From Kondoa subrosea (lineage: Eukaryota), in contig BCIN01000007.1 in NCBI GenBank assembly GCA_039545335.1, positions 1,294,530 to 1,358,529 of the forward strand: a DNA stretch of 64,000 bases, written 5' to 3'. The stretch's first letter is position 1; every line of letters starts with the position of its first letter. Shown here piece after piece: positions 52,661 to 64,000 of the stretch. The notes beneath the pieces are model-generated. The model did not search any database and had not been told where the DNA came from. It was given only the letters and a program-made list of their open reading frames with translations. Position numbers and translations under genes: made by a program.

Positions 52661-52861
52661 AAAGGAAAGATTCACAGGAAGAAGAAGAAGCGTGGCTTAT
52701 GCCATCAGAAGGAAACAATGAAGATTGTCATGCTTGATAACGAAATACAACCCTCTTTTCAGTCCTTTATAGAAAGAGAAATCAACCAACGAACCAGCGT
52801 CTGTTTTCTCTTTCTTCTTCTTCCTTCTTCTCCTTTCTCTTCCCTATGTGCATAGAGAAAA

Positions 52862-53546
52862 TTAGAACTCCATCTCGCTCGACCCATTTGATCCGGTAGT
52901 TGGTGTAGTGGCATGATCCAACGAAGGAGAATTAGCAGGCGTCGCACCAATTTGATTTGCGTTCACATCCGCTTGAGTGAAAGAAGAAGGACGTAAAGCG
53001 AGTTGAGCGAAAGGGTTCAAAGTTTCTGATGGTCTGTACGGGTCAGCTTCTTCTATCAGCTCGAAAACGAGCAGATGATAGAAGAAGAGAACGTACGATG
53101 GTTCGGGAGAACCTAATTGAATAGAATCTTGCTGCTGCTGCTGCGGGGGAGGTTGATATCTCACAGGTAACCCAGAAACAACCTGTCATATCAAGCCTCA
53201 CTATTAAGCTCCTAACATGCAGCTAAGTACGAGGCGGACTGACCCTTTGACGTTTCTCAGGTGAAAGTCTTTGTTCAACTTGTTCTACTAAATCCTCATA
53301 CCCATCCCTTAACCTCTTCTTACCCAATAACCCGCAATCCCAACCACCATCATCATCCTCATCATCGTAAGCACCCAAAACAAAAGAATCATGATCATGC
53401 AACATTGAACTGCTTGAACATGAAGTTGGAGCGTAATAAATTATTCCAGCACTTGAGGAAGGGGTAGCTAAAGATGTAGAAGGTGAAGGGATAGGTTCAC
53501 CCCAGGGTGCAGAGATTTGTTGAGCATGAGATTGGTCGAAATCCAT
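52862..53546 (-). CDS. Hypothetical low-complexity protein, multi-exon
   Basis: MDFDQSHAQQ...GKKRLRD...PEKRQR|...SEMEF*, joined by plausible GT-AG introns. Confidence 0.55.
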
Positions 53547-54169
53547 TACTATTTGGTTCGAGAACAAGAGAGTTGCATGAATTTGTCCAGAAAACAACAA
53601 AGTCATGCTGAGGTGGAGACATAGCTATGTAATGCACTTATATATAATTGAGAGTACAATGATCTATTCCTTTCTTCCAGCTATACTTTGATGACCGAAA
53701 ACAAGAATGAGGGAGGGATGAAAATGAAGGGAAGGGTAGATCAAGATGTATGTTTTTTGCGGGTGCAGAATTGATGATAGGATCGCTTGATGCTGTGAAG
53801 AAGCTTGATAATGGTTCAGGCTTCAATAACATCGCAGCTGTTTTTGTTATGAAATGCTTTGACGAGCGAAAAGGTGTAGAAGCCGAATGGAAGCGAGCAG
53901 CTGAGCAGAATGGTGCCGAGCCGGACGGAGGTAGGCGAGGGAGATACAGAGGCGGAAAAGAGATTGACGAGGTAAATATCTTGCAGTTAGGCGAACGTGG
54001 AAGGGTGTAATTCTTGCAGAATCAATTTCAAGCTTCTTGGCGAAACAAAACGCAGTAGATTGTAGTAAAGGAGTTGGTCGAGACGCCAGGAGGTAGACAG
54101 GCGAGCGAACAGATGGCGAATGAAGGGCGAATTGTCGAAGTTACGAGGTGTTGTCCATACTTGCTGCGG

Positions 54170-55173
54170 TTATCGAAATTTGAGAGTAATTTTGCTGTTT
54201 TCGTTTTCAGTATCATAATCTTGAATCTTGGCAGGTATGAGGAGAGAGATGGAGGCGAGTTCTTGTCTTGATTTGGTCGGAAGTTTTGCTTGGAAGGGAA
54301 AGAGAGATAGTCGAGACGTTTTGTAGAATGGTACAGGATCGTAAAGTATAAGTTGTGATACAGAGAGTAGATAATGGAGTGGGGAATACAGGTAATGAAC
54401 GAATTGATGTAACAATGGGAGTAATGAATGTCTTGAAGTTGGATGTAGATGTTTTGGAAAGAGATCGCAAGGAGGCCAGCTCCGCCGAATCTTGAGTTTT
54501 GTTCGATTTAGAAATGACCACCTGCAGAATTAAGAAGATTGATGGTATTAGTACGTGACTAATAAGACGCATTCTTCAACCTGCCTTGAGCTTGCCAACG
54601 ACCTGTCAATTTGTTTCAGCCCTATGCTGGAGAAGCAAAGTGCGGGCAAGAACTGACCATAATAGCAACCCATAGCAGTTAAATCATCTTCAGAAGGTGT
54701 CGATTGATTTGCCGGAGGATAGATGACCGCAGGATAATTGATTTGCTCCTGCTTCTTTTGCTGTTGAGATGGTTGAGGTGTGGCATCGTGATCCATGTCG
54801 TGATCCATGTCGACGTCGTCTTTTGGTGTAGATGGGAACTGCCGAAGAATTGTAAGATGTGAAATAACAAGGCAAGAGAGTGAAACATACGGAATCGTTT
54901 GTGGAAACTGGTGAATTGCTTTGCTCAGCTTGATAATTGTAAGGTGGGATTTGTATCGAATGAGGGCTACTCCAATCGTCAGTCACTTGCCCTCAGAATC
55001 CCGGGAATCGCGGTTCGAAACTCACAAAGTAGCTGATTGACCTGTATGCTCGCACTATTTATCAGCTCTCTAGTAATGTCTCTATATGATGATGAGGACT
55101 AACGAGTAGGAGGTCGAACGACGCAGCAGGAATCTTGGTCTGAATCTTCCAGGTCTGAATCTGAAATAGCCAT
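54170..55173 (-). CDS. Hypothetical protein, multi-exon
   Basis: Chain of short exons from MAISDSDLEDSDQDSCCVV through DMDHDMDH..QINYPAVIYPP..LCFSSIGL to LYDPVPFYK. Both ends uncertain. Confidence 0.45.
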
Positions 55174-55557
55174 TTCCACTTCACCAGAATTGATGGGTGC
55201 ATGTTGACCAGTGTAGTCATTGGCTTCAAAGAAACTAGCAACCTGTGGAGATCAGAAGTTTTTTAGAATCACGTCCAAGTTTGGCAACTTCATGTCACGA
55301 GAAAAAACTACTGACTCTGCATTTCTTAGAGCTCGATTCGCGTCCTTCAGAGTGTTCGTCGAATGTGCGCTTCATGTGTGTGTAGGTAGGAATAGAGGAA
55401 TATGAGGAAAGATGTTGTTCAAGAGCAACAAGCATTTTTTGAAAAATCGGAAATCTGTTTATGCGCGAACGGGAAATCCGGGGATGACAAGGGAAGGCAC
55501 CTTCTTAGACCGTGTTATTCCTCTCACGCGCATGACATTGACTACTGCATGAGCTAT

Positions 55558-56893
55558 CTAACCAGGTGGTAACATTGTAGAATCCATAACTTCCACTTCC
55601 GCTTCCACATCATCTTCTTCATTCCCATCAGCAATTGAACTCCATCCTCTAGGCATGACCATTACACCTGAGACGAATGACATCTCAGTAACAAAACCCA
55701 AACGCGTAATAGAGGCCCGACTCACCAGTTCTAGCAGCTTCCAAAATTCCATAAGGTCTAACCAATCTCAAGAAACTGTCAATCTTTGCAGTCTTGCCAG
55801 TCAATTCCACCACAACGCAATCGTTGGACACATCACTGATTTTCCCATGAAATTGTCTAGCTAAAGTTTCAATGCTTGCTAAATGTAAATGTTTTTGTCT
55901 TAATGCTTGAGAAGCGGTAATATGACCACTTGTGGAAGAATGAGAAGTTGAAGAACCTTCCCATAAACCAGTTGAATCTTCATTGGATGAAGAAGAAGAT
56001 AGGTTGGCGTAAGGGTTAGATTGAGCTGCTGCATTAGCTGCTCTTTCAGCTAATCGAATCGCTGGTGAACTCGAATCCAGTCCTTCTGATTCCCCGCCTT
56101 CTTCTTCTTTTCCTTCTTCTATCGCTTCACGTTGTTGTTGCTGCGAAGAAGATTGAGGTAAAGGTTGATTCCATCTTCTAGCTAACTGATCTTCGAAATA
56201 ATCGGGACCCAGAATAGATATTTTCACCAATAACAATTCTCTTTGAACGGATTTGGTTTGAGTGAAGTTGAGAACAGCCCAAACAGGTACTAAATCTTCC
56301 AATTGTCGACGAGCTTGTTCGATGACTGTATCTTGACCTCGTAGAACAATTGACATTCTACTCAAATCTTTCACTTCCGTTGCGCATACTACTAAACTCT
56401 CAATACTATCATGCACATAACAGCATCAGCTTTTTCTTGTCCCTTGTATTAAGCGTAGAGAAAAGGAGAACTAACTTGAAACCTCTTGCAGCTAAACAAC
56501 CCGATACTCTACTAAGTACACCAGGTTCGTTCTGTACCAAGCAATTCAAAGTATGTTTCACAAAAGGTTGACTAGAAGGAGGTGGTGTGTTGTACAAAAT
56601 ATTGGAAACTGCTTCTTGAGCTGACCATTTAGGTGGATCAATTGTTGGTAAGGGAGGCGGTCTTCGATGAGGATGAGCAAGTTTATAATCTAAAGCTGAA
56701 GCTGCATCGTCGAAATGTCGTTCAGCTCGTTTCTGTTCACAGATCCAATGCATGAGTCAGAATGATAACAATTTCCAGAAGCGAGAGAGAGAGAACGCAC
56801 TGGATCTTTTGGTGCTGCTGTACAAGAGGAAGTACTGAAATTGGCTGATTTAGGTAGATGCCGGAGCACTCTGACAGCTTTGTTGGAAACCAT
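55558..56893 (-). CDS. ILV6: Acetolactate synthase small (regulatory) subunit
   Basis: SALDYK, EAVSNILYNTP, HTLNCLVQNEPGVLSRVSGCLAARGF, LSRMSIVLRGQD.VIEQARRQLEDLVPVWAV, RPYGILEAARTG, ends LPPG*. Confidence 0.97.
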
Positions 56894-57109
56894 AACCAAA
56901 AGAAATGGTTTGAATCTAACAATTTTTTTATAGGCTGGGCTTTGTCGGAGTCGCGTCAAGAAACAATGAAGCCCCGGACTTGATTGAATCACGGAAGTGG
57001 GAGAAAGCTTTGCAATACAATAATCTTGTATGAACAGACAGTACAACAGAATGAAACCCAAGAAATAAATCAAGCAAGAAAACTTTCAGTACACCTTCAT
57101 CACATTACT

Positions 57110-57164
57110 CTAACTAACAGGTGGGGCAAGCGGTTTTAGCTTGACAGAGAAGCTACTGCTGCTT

Positions 57165-57196
<32 letters not shown>

Positions 57197-60100
57197 TTGT
57201 TGTTGTGGTTCTCCTGCTCCATTGACACTTGATGGCTGTTGCGCCGTCGATGAATTCGGCTTATGATATATATCTCCATGCGCTGATCTAGCAGTATTGG
57301 CATCCAGAGGTTGAGCTACTTCTTCAGGTCGAGGAGTAGATAAGAAAGAAGCCAAAGGTGGTGAAACTCGACGTACTTGCTGGCCAAACATTCCTGTCGT
57401 TGCTTTTCTGTTAGCGTCAAAGGTAGAGGCAGTGGAAGAAGGTGTAGGTGCAGCAGTGCTAGTTGAAGCAGTAGGATGATGTTGAATAGAATGTAAGTAA
57501 GGATTGGCACTGTTTGGATAGTGATTTCTAGGCGGTGATGGTGGTCGATTGATGATCGGGGCTTGTCTAGGTAGCGCGACAGGAGATGGACCAGTCAAAG
57601 GTACCGATCTAGGAGGTGGTGGAATATTTTGTTGCATGAAAGCTGGAGGTGCAGCCTGTTGTGGAGTAGGGAAAGCTGGATGATGGGGTTGGAAGTGAGG
57701 CGGTGCAAATTCAGCAGGCAAAGGAGGCGGAGGACCAACTCCCATGCCTAAGGGTGGTATTTGAGGTGGATAGAGATTAGAATATAGACTTCGAGGCGGA
57801 AGCTATATAACTTTGTCAGAAACAGCAAATATACTACGCATAGCTGAACTTACACCCATCTGCTCTAGATCGGCATGTACGATATCTTTGTCCAATCCGA
57901 CCAGGCCGCGTTCGGTCTCTGGCGGCACGGTCTGTCTTCGGAAGGCACATGCAAGTCCTTCTTCTGTATATGGACGTCCTTGTATAGCGAGATGTTGCTG
58001 GAAAGTCCTTCGATCTGAATGACAAGCCAAAAGGATCGCTATGCGTTCTGTGAGGCAGCCAAATTTGTTAACTGTGAATCATAGTGATGCTAATGGTCGC
58101 GCTCACCATCTTTCGGCCTTTCCATCATTCGGCGTTCTCGTTCGACTTGCCGTCTTCGTCTATTGATATCTTGTAGCTCGCTAGCCCGAAGCTCGGCCTT
58201 CTCTTTCTATATGCAGTCAAGCATTAGCAACTGGCTTCTTGATTTGATGGAACACTGACAGCCCAATGCGTCCAAATCGTTCTCTCTTCGCATGCAAATT
58301 CTCGATCATATTCCTTCTCCAAGTGAGCCAAAGTTTTACTGGCCAGTTCCAGCTTGGACGTCCTCCTCTTTTCTATCAACTCATTGAGGAGAACCAATTC
58401 AGGATGATTGCCTAAGTTCTGAAGCATCAGCAATATCCCATACAAGGCAAGAGGTGAAAACTGACCTGCTTCTACGGCTTCTCTATCGCGAACGACTTCT
58501 TCCATTCGCTCGATATAAAGACGATCTCTGAGCTTAGCGAACTCGATTTCGATCTTGAAAAGTGCTTCTAAGGCTTTCATGCGATGTTTAAGAGCTGCAT
58601 CTGTTCGGTCCCTGCACAGTCAGCTGCTATACAGCTATCATGTGCGAACAACGAACCGTCCTCGTTGACTTCTGGTTCACTTTCGGCAGATCGCTCTTCA
58701 AAATCAGGATCCATCAAATCCCTCTCGCTCTCCATTTCTTCGATCTCTTCCTTTTCAGCAAGCAATTGCGATTTCGACTTCTTTTTCCCGAAAAGACCAG
58801 ACATATTTGGTTTCTTCTTTTTGGAGGAATACCCTTTCTTTTTTGCTGGTGATTTCCTGACGATCACTGGAGCTGCAACCATTTCTTCTTCTTCCTCCTC
58901 TTCCTCTTCTTCTTCCGCTTCCATCATATCCACATCTTCCTCTTCAGAATGGTTCCTGGTAGTAGCAATTTCAGGTTGAGTAGCTTCTTCTCCTTCTTCC
59001 ATGACTTCATCTTCTACTATAGGTTTCGGGTCCAACTGTTCTACTTTAGCAGTTGTTGTCGTTGTAGTAGTCGTGTCTTCAACAGGCAATTCAGGTAAAT
59101 TGTCCAATTCCATTTCTCTTCTAATAGATGGATCAGGTAAGAGTGAAGTAGATCTTGTCAATCGAGGGGATTTTCTAGGCTCGTTATTGTTATTGCTATT
59201 AGAAAGAGATTGGTTGGAGTGATTGGATCCAGAGTCCATGGCTACACCTCCTTGCAATTGCGTCAAAGGAGATTCATCATCATCTTCACCTATAGACGAT
59301 TTCCTCTTCTTTCTGGAACTCCTCATTTTCTCTGTTCAGAAACAACGATATGTAAGCTATTCGATTGCCATCTAGCTCAATGAACAAACGAACCTGATAA
59401 AGAAGCGATTGCAGCTCTTCTCTTTGCTCGAGCTTGTCTGGCAACCATTGTCCTACTGTCACTCCCACCTTCGCCCGAACCGCGAGAAGAAGAATGTTGA
59501 TCGTCTGAATTGTATTCACCTGAAGTTCGTTCAGATTGGGTTGAAGAAGATTTAGCCATACTTGGTGCAGTCATGATGAAATCATGTTGATCTCGTCCAT
59601 CTTCTGGTTCCGGATGGTGTTCTGGTTCAGCCTGAATGATAGAGTTGGGTAGGATTGTTTGAGTAGAAGAAAGAGGAGCAGCAAGAGGTGGTGAGCGTTG
59701 AGGTAAAGGTAATTCGGATTCAGGTTCTGGAGTTAAACTTGAAGTCTTTCCATTCTGACGCGATTTGACAGGTGTTTGAGCTGGTAAGGTGTTGGAAGTT
59801 GCCGTTATAGGTGCTTCAGCTCCTGGAGCTTCTGTGATCGTGGTAGGCTGAATTGGAGCCTGCGTGCGTTTGTAAATATGTGTACTTTCATCGTCCGAAT
59901 TCTCCAATTGAGAAAGCTCTGATTCAGCGGCCTCATCTGCTGCTGCCCCTGTCTTGTCTGTCTGAGCATTGATAGTGTTGTTAGCATGTAAAGATGGCGA
60001 TAAAGGCGGAGTAGTAGCTAAATCTGTTAAGGCTTCGCTTTCTTCTGAATTAGCGCGGGTTGACTTTTGTGCTGAAGAGCCTGTGTTAGGCTTGCTGCTA

Positions 60101-60333
60101 GATCCAAGGGGTGCTGCGTAAAACTTTGCAGCTTGAGCAAGTTCGCCGGCTTCTGTTTCGCTCAAAGGTTCCGTTTCAGCGTCAGAGTCCATGTTGGTGA
60201 GAGGTGAGTCTGCTTGAGCTGCTGCTGCTGCCATCAGAGCTTGCTCAGCTGGAGTAGGCAAGGTTGAAAGTTGTGCTTCTAAGCTAGTTATCGCGTTGAT
60301 ATCAGCTGTGGTCAAGCTGGAAGCCTCTTCCAT
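57110..60333 (-). CDS. DEP1: Sds3-like family Rpd3L HDAC complex subunit (Dep1-like), multi-exon
   Basis: Acidic/disordered N-terminus, then ALEALFKIEIEFAKLRDRLYIERMEEV..G.HPEL (Sds3 domain); P/Q-rich tail. Confidence 0.72.
57163..57207. repeat. CAG/CAA microsatellite encoding polyQ
   Basis: Mixed TGC/TGT array on the + strand encoding a run of about 15 Gln in the Dep1-like tail. Confidence 0.85.
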
Positions 60334-60844
60334 GGCTACAGGTAGGCTTGGACTGCAATGCTAGGACGGTGCGCTGAGCAGAAAGTGTGGTTGATGTTTC
60401 GCTGTTCCAAGTCGAGCCCGCTTTCATGCGTTTTGTTCTCATCGGTGATCCGGATTCAGCCTGGCTCAGAGCATTCACACACATGCACTGTGTCCTACTT
60501 GCATCCTCCTTGCATGCGCCAGTTGTCCTTTGAAGCTTCTCGGACCTGATTCTACTGTCATTGGTGCAAACCTTCTTTTACTGCTATTAATCTGCTCAGT
60601 CCCTATTGCCATGCTCTTGCTCGTCGTAATGTTCTGCACTCTATCAATCACCAGGGATCTCGAAGTTAATGAGCTGGACGCGAACGAGAAGGCCATAGCC
60701 TGCTGCCTGATCTTTCCGCATTCTCTGAGCTGGCTGCTGTCAATCACACAGAGGTATCGTCCAGCTCTTACGCACTACTGCGTACCGTGTGTCTCGCATC
60801 ATGAGTTATCTCATGCATTGTGCGCTAAAGACTTTTGCGATTTG

Positions 60845-61438
60845 CTACTCTACTGCCCTTAAATGCACCTGAGCATTACTGAAATCTACAGTCAGAATCT
60901 GATTTTTCTCTTCCTTGGCTGGTCGAGCAGCCATGGCAAAGACTTGTACATGCCAATCTTGCTCATCCGCAAACACCCAACACATTTCTCTAAGCGGTAC
61001 TCTTTCAATCACTTTCTCTCCCTTCAACACCAATTGGTAAAGCCACAAACTACTACCTAACTCATCTGACTCTCTTCGAAACTCAATCGTTGTCTTCCCT
61101 TCTTCTTCTTGTTCTTGATGGGAATTGGGTGAAAGTTGCCAATCACTCCAAGATTGAGTAGAAACAGAAGCGAGGTAAGGTTTATCTTGATAGTATTCTA
61201 TACCAGCTTTAATCCATGGATCCGGTTTTGATGTTGATGAGGAAGATTGGAAACGCAAGAGGAGCCCTGCTTGATCGTAACGAAATTTCCAGGGAGCGGA
61301 AAAGGTAATTCGAGCGCTTTGAAAAGTACTTAGAGGAAGGAGATTGGATAGAGCATGAGTGGGAGCGTTAGAGGCATTTGTATTAGGTGGTTTTCTCCAG
61401 AGGTCAGTTCCGCATTGGGCGGAGATCTGAAAGGTCAT
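60845..61438 (-). CDS. DUF1349 (Ree1-like, concanavalin-fold) protein
   Basis: TDLWRKPP, WKFRYDQAGLL, WIKAGIEYY, WSDW, PLREMCWVF, AMAARP. Confidence 0.88.
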   Translation of the reverse strand: MTFQISAQCGTDLWRKPPNTNASNAPTHALSNLLPLSTFQSARITFSAPWKFRYDQAGLLLRFQSSSSTSKPDPWIKAGIEYYQDKPYLASVSTQSWSDWQLSPNSHQEQEEEGKTTIEFRRESDELGSSLWLYQLVLKGEKVIERVPLREMCWVFADEQDWHVQVFAMAARPAKEEKNQILTVDFSNAQVHLRAVE

Positions 61439-61941
61439 TGCGAAGAGATATCGCGGCAATGTTCAACCTGCGAATGAGATCGAAATAGTGCAAAGAGATT
61501 TGGCAGTTCGGGCGGAAAGAAGCAAGCTGACAGAACTGGCTTATTGTCAAGGTTGCCCATAAACGGTTCTTTTGAGCTATCATTTAGAGCCATATCCAAA
61601 GTGGATGGCAATCAAACTCGCGAATATACACCGGCCTTCCTATGTTACGGTTTCGCCTGGAATGTCGATCACTTTCAAGACTTGTTACAACTTACGACAT
61701 CATGCTGTATTTCTCTTGCTGTTCTGCCTTTGCGATCCCTCTCGTCAGCGTTGCACGCCTGGTGCGCTTAAAACAAGGCGAAAGCTTCGTGGAGTATGCG
61801 ATGAACGTCGCGCTAGGCTATGCAAGTTTTCTGTTTTCGATATACGGATGTACTACAGTGCAATGTTCGGGCAGTTCGTTAGCGTTCAAGCTTTTCCCTT
61901 CTATATGCGCGTCTTTTTCAGATCTACTTCTGATGCTTCGG

Positions 61942-62822
61942 ATGCGTTTGCTAGCTGGACTGTTGGTCTGTCTGTGTCATGTCTCAGCTATGGTTCTTCT
62001 ACCGACTTCACGCTCTTCACTCAGAAATACATCAAGTAGTGTTGAGGCCAAGATAAACCCAACAGCAACAAACCTCTCGTCAAGGGAAGTTTGGGATATT
62101 GTCAAGTTTCTGCCTTGGTGGAATCCTTGTACGTGAGCTTAACGTGGACGGAGGCTTCATGTTCTGATCTTCCCTAAGACGAAACAACGCAAGGTTTGTC
62201 CTTTGACTATGAAGTCGTCCCGATCCGTTGACTGGAAGCAGGACAAGACAACCCCCAATTAACGATCTATGAACCAGTACCAACAGTCCACCAGCCTGCT
62301 CCTCAGCCTGTTCAGCCAGCGACTGCCTACCAAACTCCAGCTCAGCCCACTCCGGTTCCTTATAGCCCTCCATCTACCTGTTCTTACAGCAATACATGCA
62401 CAATTTGCGTCTCTTCCTTGAATCTGATCAAATTGGATAGTTGTTCTTCTTGGACTGCATTGGAATCTGTTCGTTCATCTTTTATCCTTTTGCTATCCAA
62501 ACTAATCTAAGCTGAACGATCGATGGCAGTGTTGGACTCAATGTCCTGGTCAGATGAACACTTATATAGCACAACAAAGATTGCAGTCCTGTACTGGTCA
62601 GAGAGGTGCTGTGGTAGCCTGTCAATATCCTGTAAGTCCCATTGCCAAGCCAGAAATTGCAGACTGAGCTTCATTGGGTTATAGTATGGATGCTCAACTT
62701 GTTCGTCTTCATGCGGTGGCGGTATCTACTACAGTTCGGCAACGAATACCAAGCATAATACAGTACTGCTGGTTGGGTCTAGCATCCTTTTCGCTTGGAT
62801 CTTTCAGTCTTCGCGCGTCTGA
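61942..62822 (+). CDS. Secreted Pro/Gln-rich, Cys-rich protein with hydrophobic C-terminus (putative GPI anchor), multi-exon
   Basis: Signal-like MRLLAGLLVCLCHVSA; P/Q/T-rich stalk; CSYSNTCTIC..WTQCPGQ..SCTGQ..ACQYP|YGCSTCSSSC; tail VLLVGSSILFAWIF. Confidence 0.62.
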
Positions 62823-62967
62823 GGTGATGAAGAGCAAATATTCCATTAAGCAGTATGACGAGGCAGAGGAAGAGAGATCCAGGCTGGGAACGAGAATTAC
62901 ACTTTGCATTGAACTTGTGATTATTACATTATACCAAGATAACCCAAAATTGCAGAACCTGAGGGAA

Positions 62968-63723
62968 CTAGAGACCAGAGGTGAATGGCCCTCGTATCCG
63001 TCTTGCCAATCTACGGGGCAAAATGTCAGTGCCAGGCTTTGGATGAGCAAGAGGTCAATCCAACTGAATATCTCTGTCCATTACTAGAAAGCTTTTCAGT
63101 ATATATTCGGCCTAGACAACAAGAGAGACTCACTCGTAACTCTCTTGGCATGTATTGCACAGAGATTTGCATCCTCGAACAGATGCACGAGAAACCTATC
63201 TCTTGATTTGTAAGCCAAATTTGAGCACAATGTGCAAGCTGACTTACGCTTCCGTAGCTTCTTGCAATGCCAGCAAAGCAGAAGACTGCCATCTCAACCC
63301 AACACCCTCGTCGCTCAACGGTGCAAACTCCATAGCGATTTCCCTAACCAATCTAGCAAACGGTAATTTCCTCAAGAGCAGATCTGTAGATTTCTGAAAC
63401 TTGCGAATCTCCCTTAAAGCTTTCGTTCCAGGTCTGTACCGATGTGGTTTCTTGACTGGGTTCCTTTCTTGCTGACTAGCTTCACCTTGAGCTTGAATGA
63501 TTGGATCTCCAGCTTCCATCCAATTGTAAGATTATTCGGTCTATAGTCCCATCGAATAGATGCTCACGTCTGACACCGCCTAAGAGACCACGCTTCACTT
63601 TGCCCTTGCCTTTCCCTTTACCCTTGGTTTGCAATGGCTTGACTGGACTTTGAGTCAATCTGGCCTGTATTGGAGAGTGATCGGTACGAGCATATCAACT
63701 GGGCAGCAATAGGTGTATACCAT
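62968..63723 (-). CDS. CSE4: Centromeric histone H3 variant CENP-A
   Basis: ATG|intron|[10 protein letters not shown].. divergent tail with [41 protein letters not shown]; extended loop 1 and LRWQS (W in place of the H3 F); LARRIRG. Confidence 0.92.
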
Positions 63724-64000
63724 GATCCAGTCAGTGGGCCTTCTCTAAGCAGCCAAGCTCAACTCAGCAGATGGTCGAGACAGATCAAAAGCCACCTTTT
63801 TCGCAAACGCTGATTTATCTACTCCCTTGATACTTCGGATAGCATGAGAGCACCTACAGAAGAAGAACAGATTACCTTGTTTGAGAAAGCTTTGAAAGGT
63901 TTCTTCGTTCTTCGAGATACGCGAAGACTGTGGATTTGCTTATCACTATTATTCAATTTAGCTAGAGAGCGGGCCTATTGTCCTTATTCCAGTCAATACT

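Noticed and set aside
58584..59222. Antisense ORFs with poly-Ser/poly-Val
   Set aside because: Shadow frames of the poly-Glu/poly-Thr tracts in the Dep1-like gene; the same applies to most short overlapping ORFs in the track.
63780..64000. Extended N-terminal exons for CENP-A
   Set aside because: CENP-A has a good start at 63723 (ATG|intron|ARLTQ). The upstream sequence is probably promoter or the end of a neighbouring gene and cannot be resolved.

Overview
Gene-dense, intron-rich eukaryotic DNA. The short introns and gene set suggest a basidiomycete fungus; a Pucciniomycotina-type yeast is an inference. About 30 protein-coding genes could be reconstructed by hand across introns. Conserved genes include an SH3-PX sorting nexin, GT32 mannosyltransferase, NT-C2 protein, F-BAR/RhoGAP, Nup98, mitochondrial DNA polymerase gamma, Lunapark, Polo kinase, separase, RidA, Dad3, PXMP4, a MATE transporter, two tandem delta-12 desaturases, Pex13, DUF1748, Ilv6, a Dep1/Sds3-like protein, DUF1349 and CENP-A. 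There are also three MYND-finger orphans and several small spliced genes missed by the ORF track. The most unusual part is an accessory block at about 48.1-52.7 kb. It holds a stand-alone, dsRBD-less RNase III with intact catalytic residues and a C-terminal basic NLS. Next to it are two 5'-truncated non-LTR retrotransposons of different clades (L1/Tx1-like and CRE/Cnl1-like) lying tail-to-tail, with a densely structured putative RNA element between them (pseudoknot, tRNA-like T-arm, UUCG loops). Other notable points are a Nup98 gene with no Nup96 moiety, an internally duplicated spacer in Pol gamma, and co-location of several mitotic genes. Exon boundaries are manual predictions, and no database searches were run.
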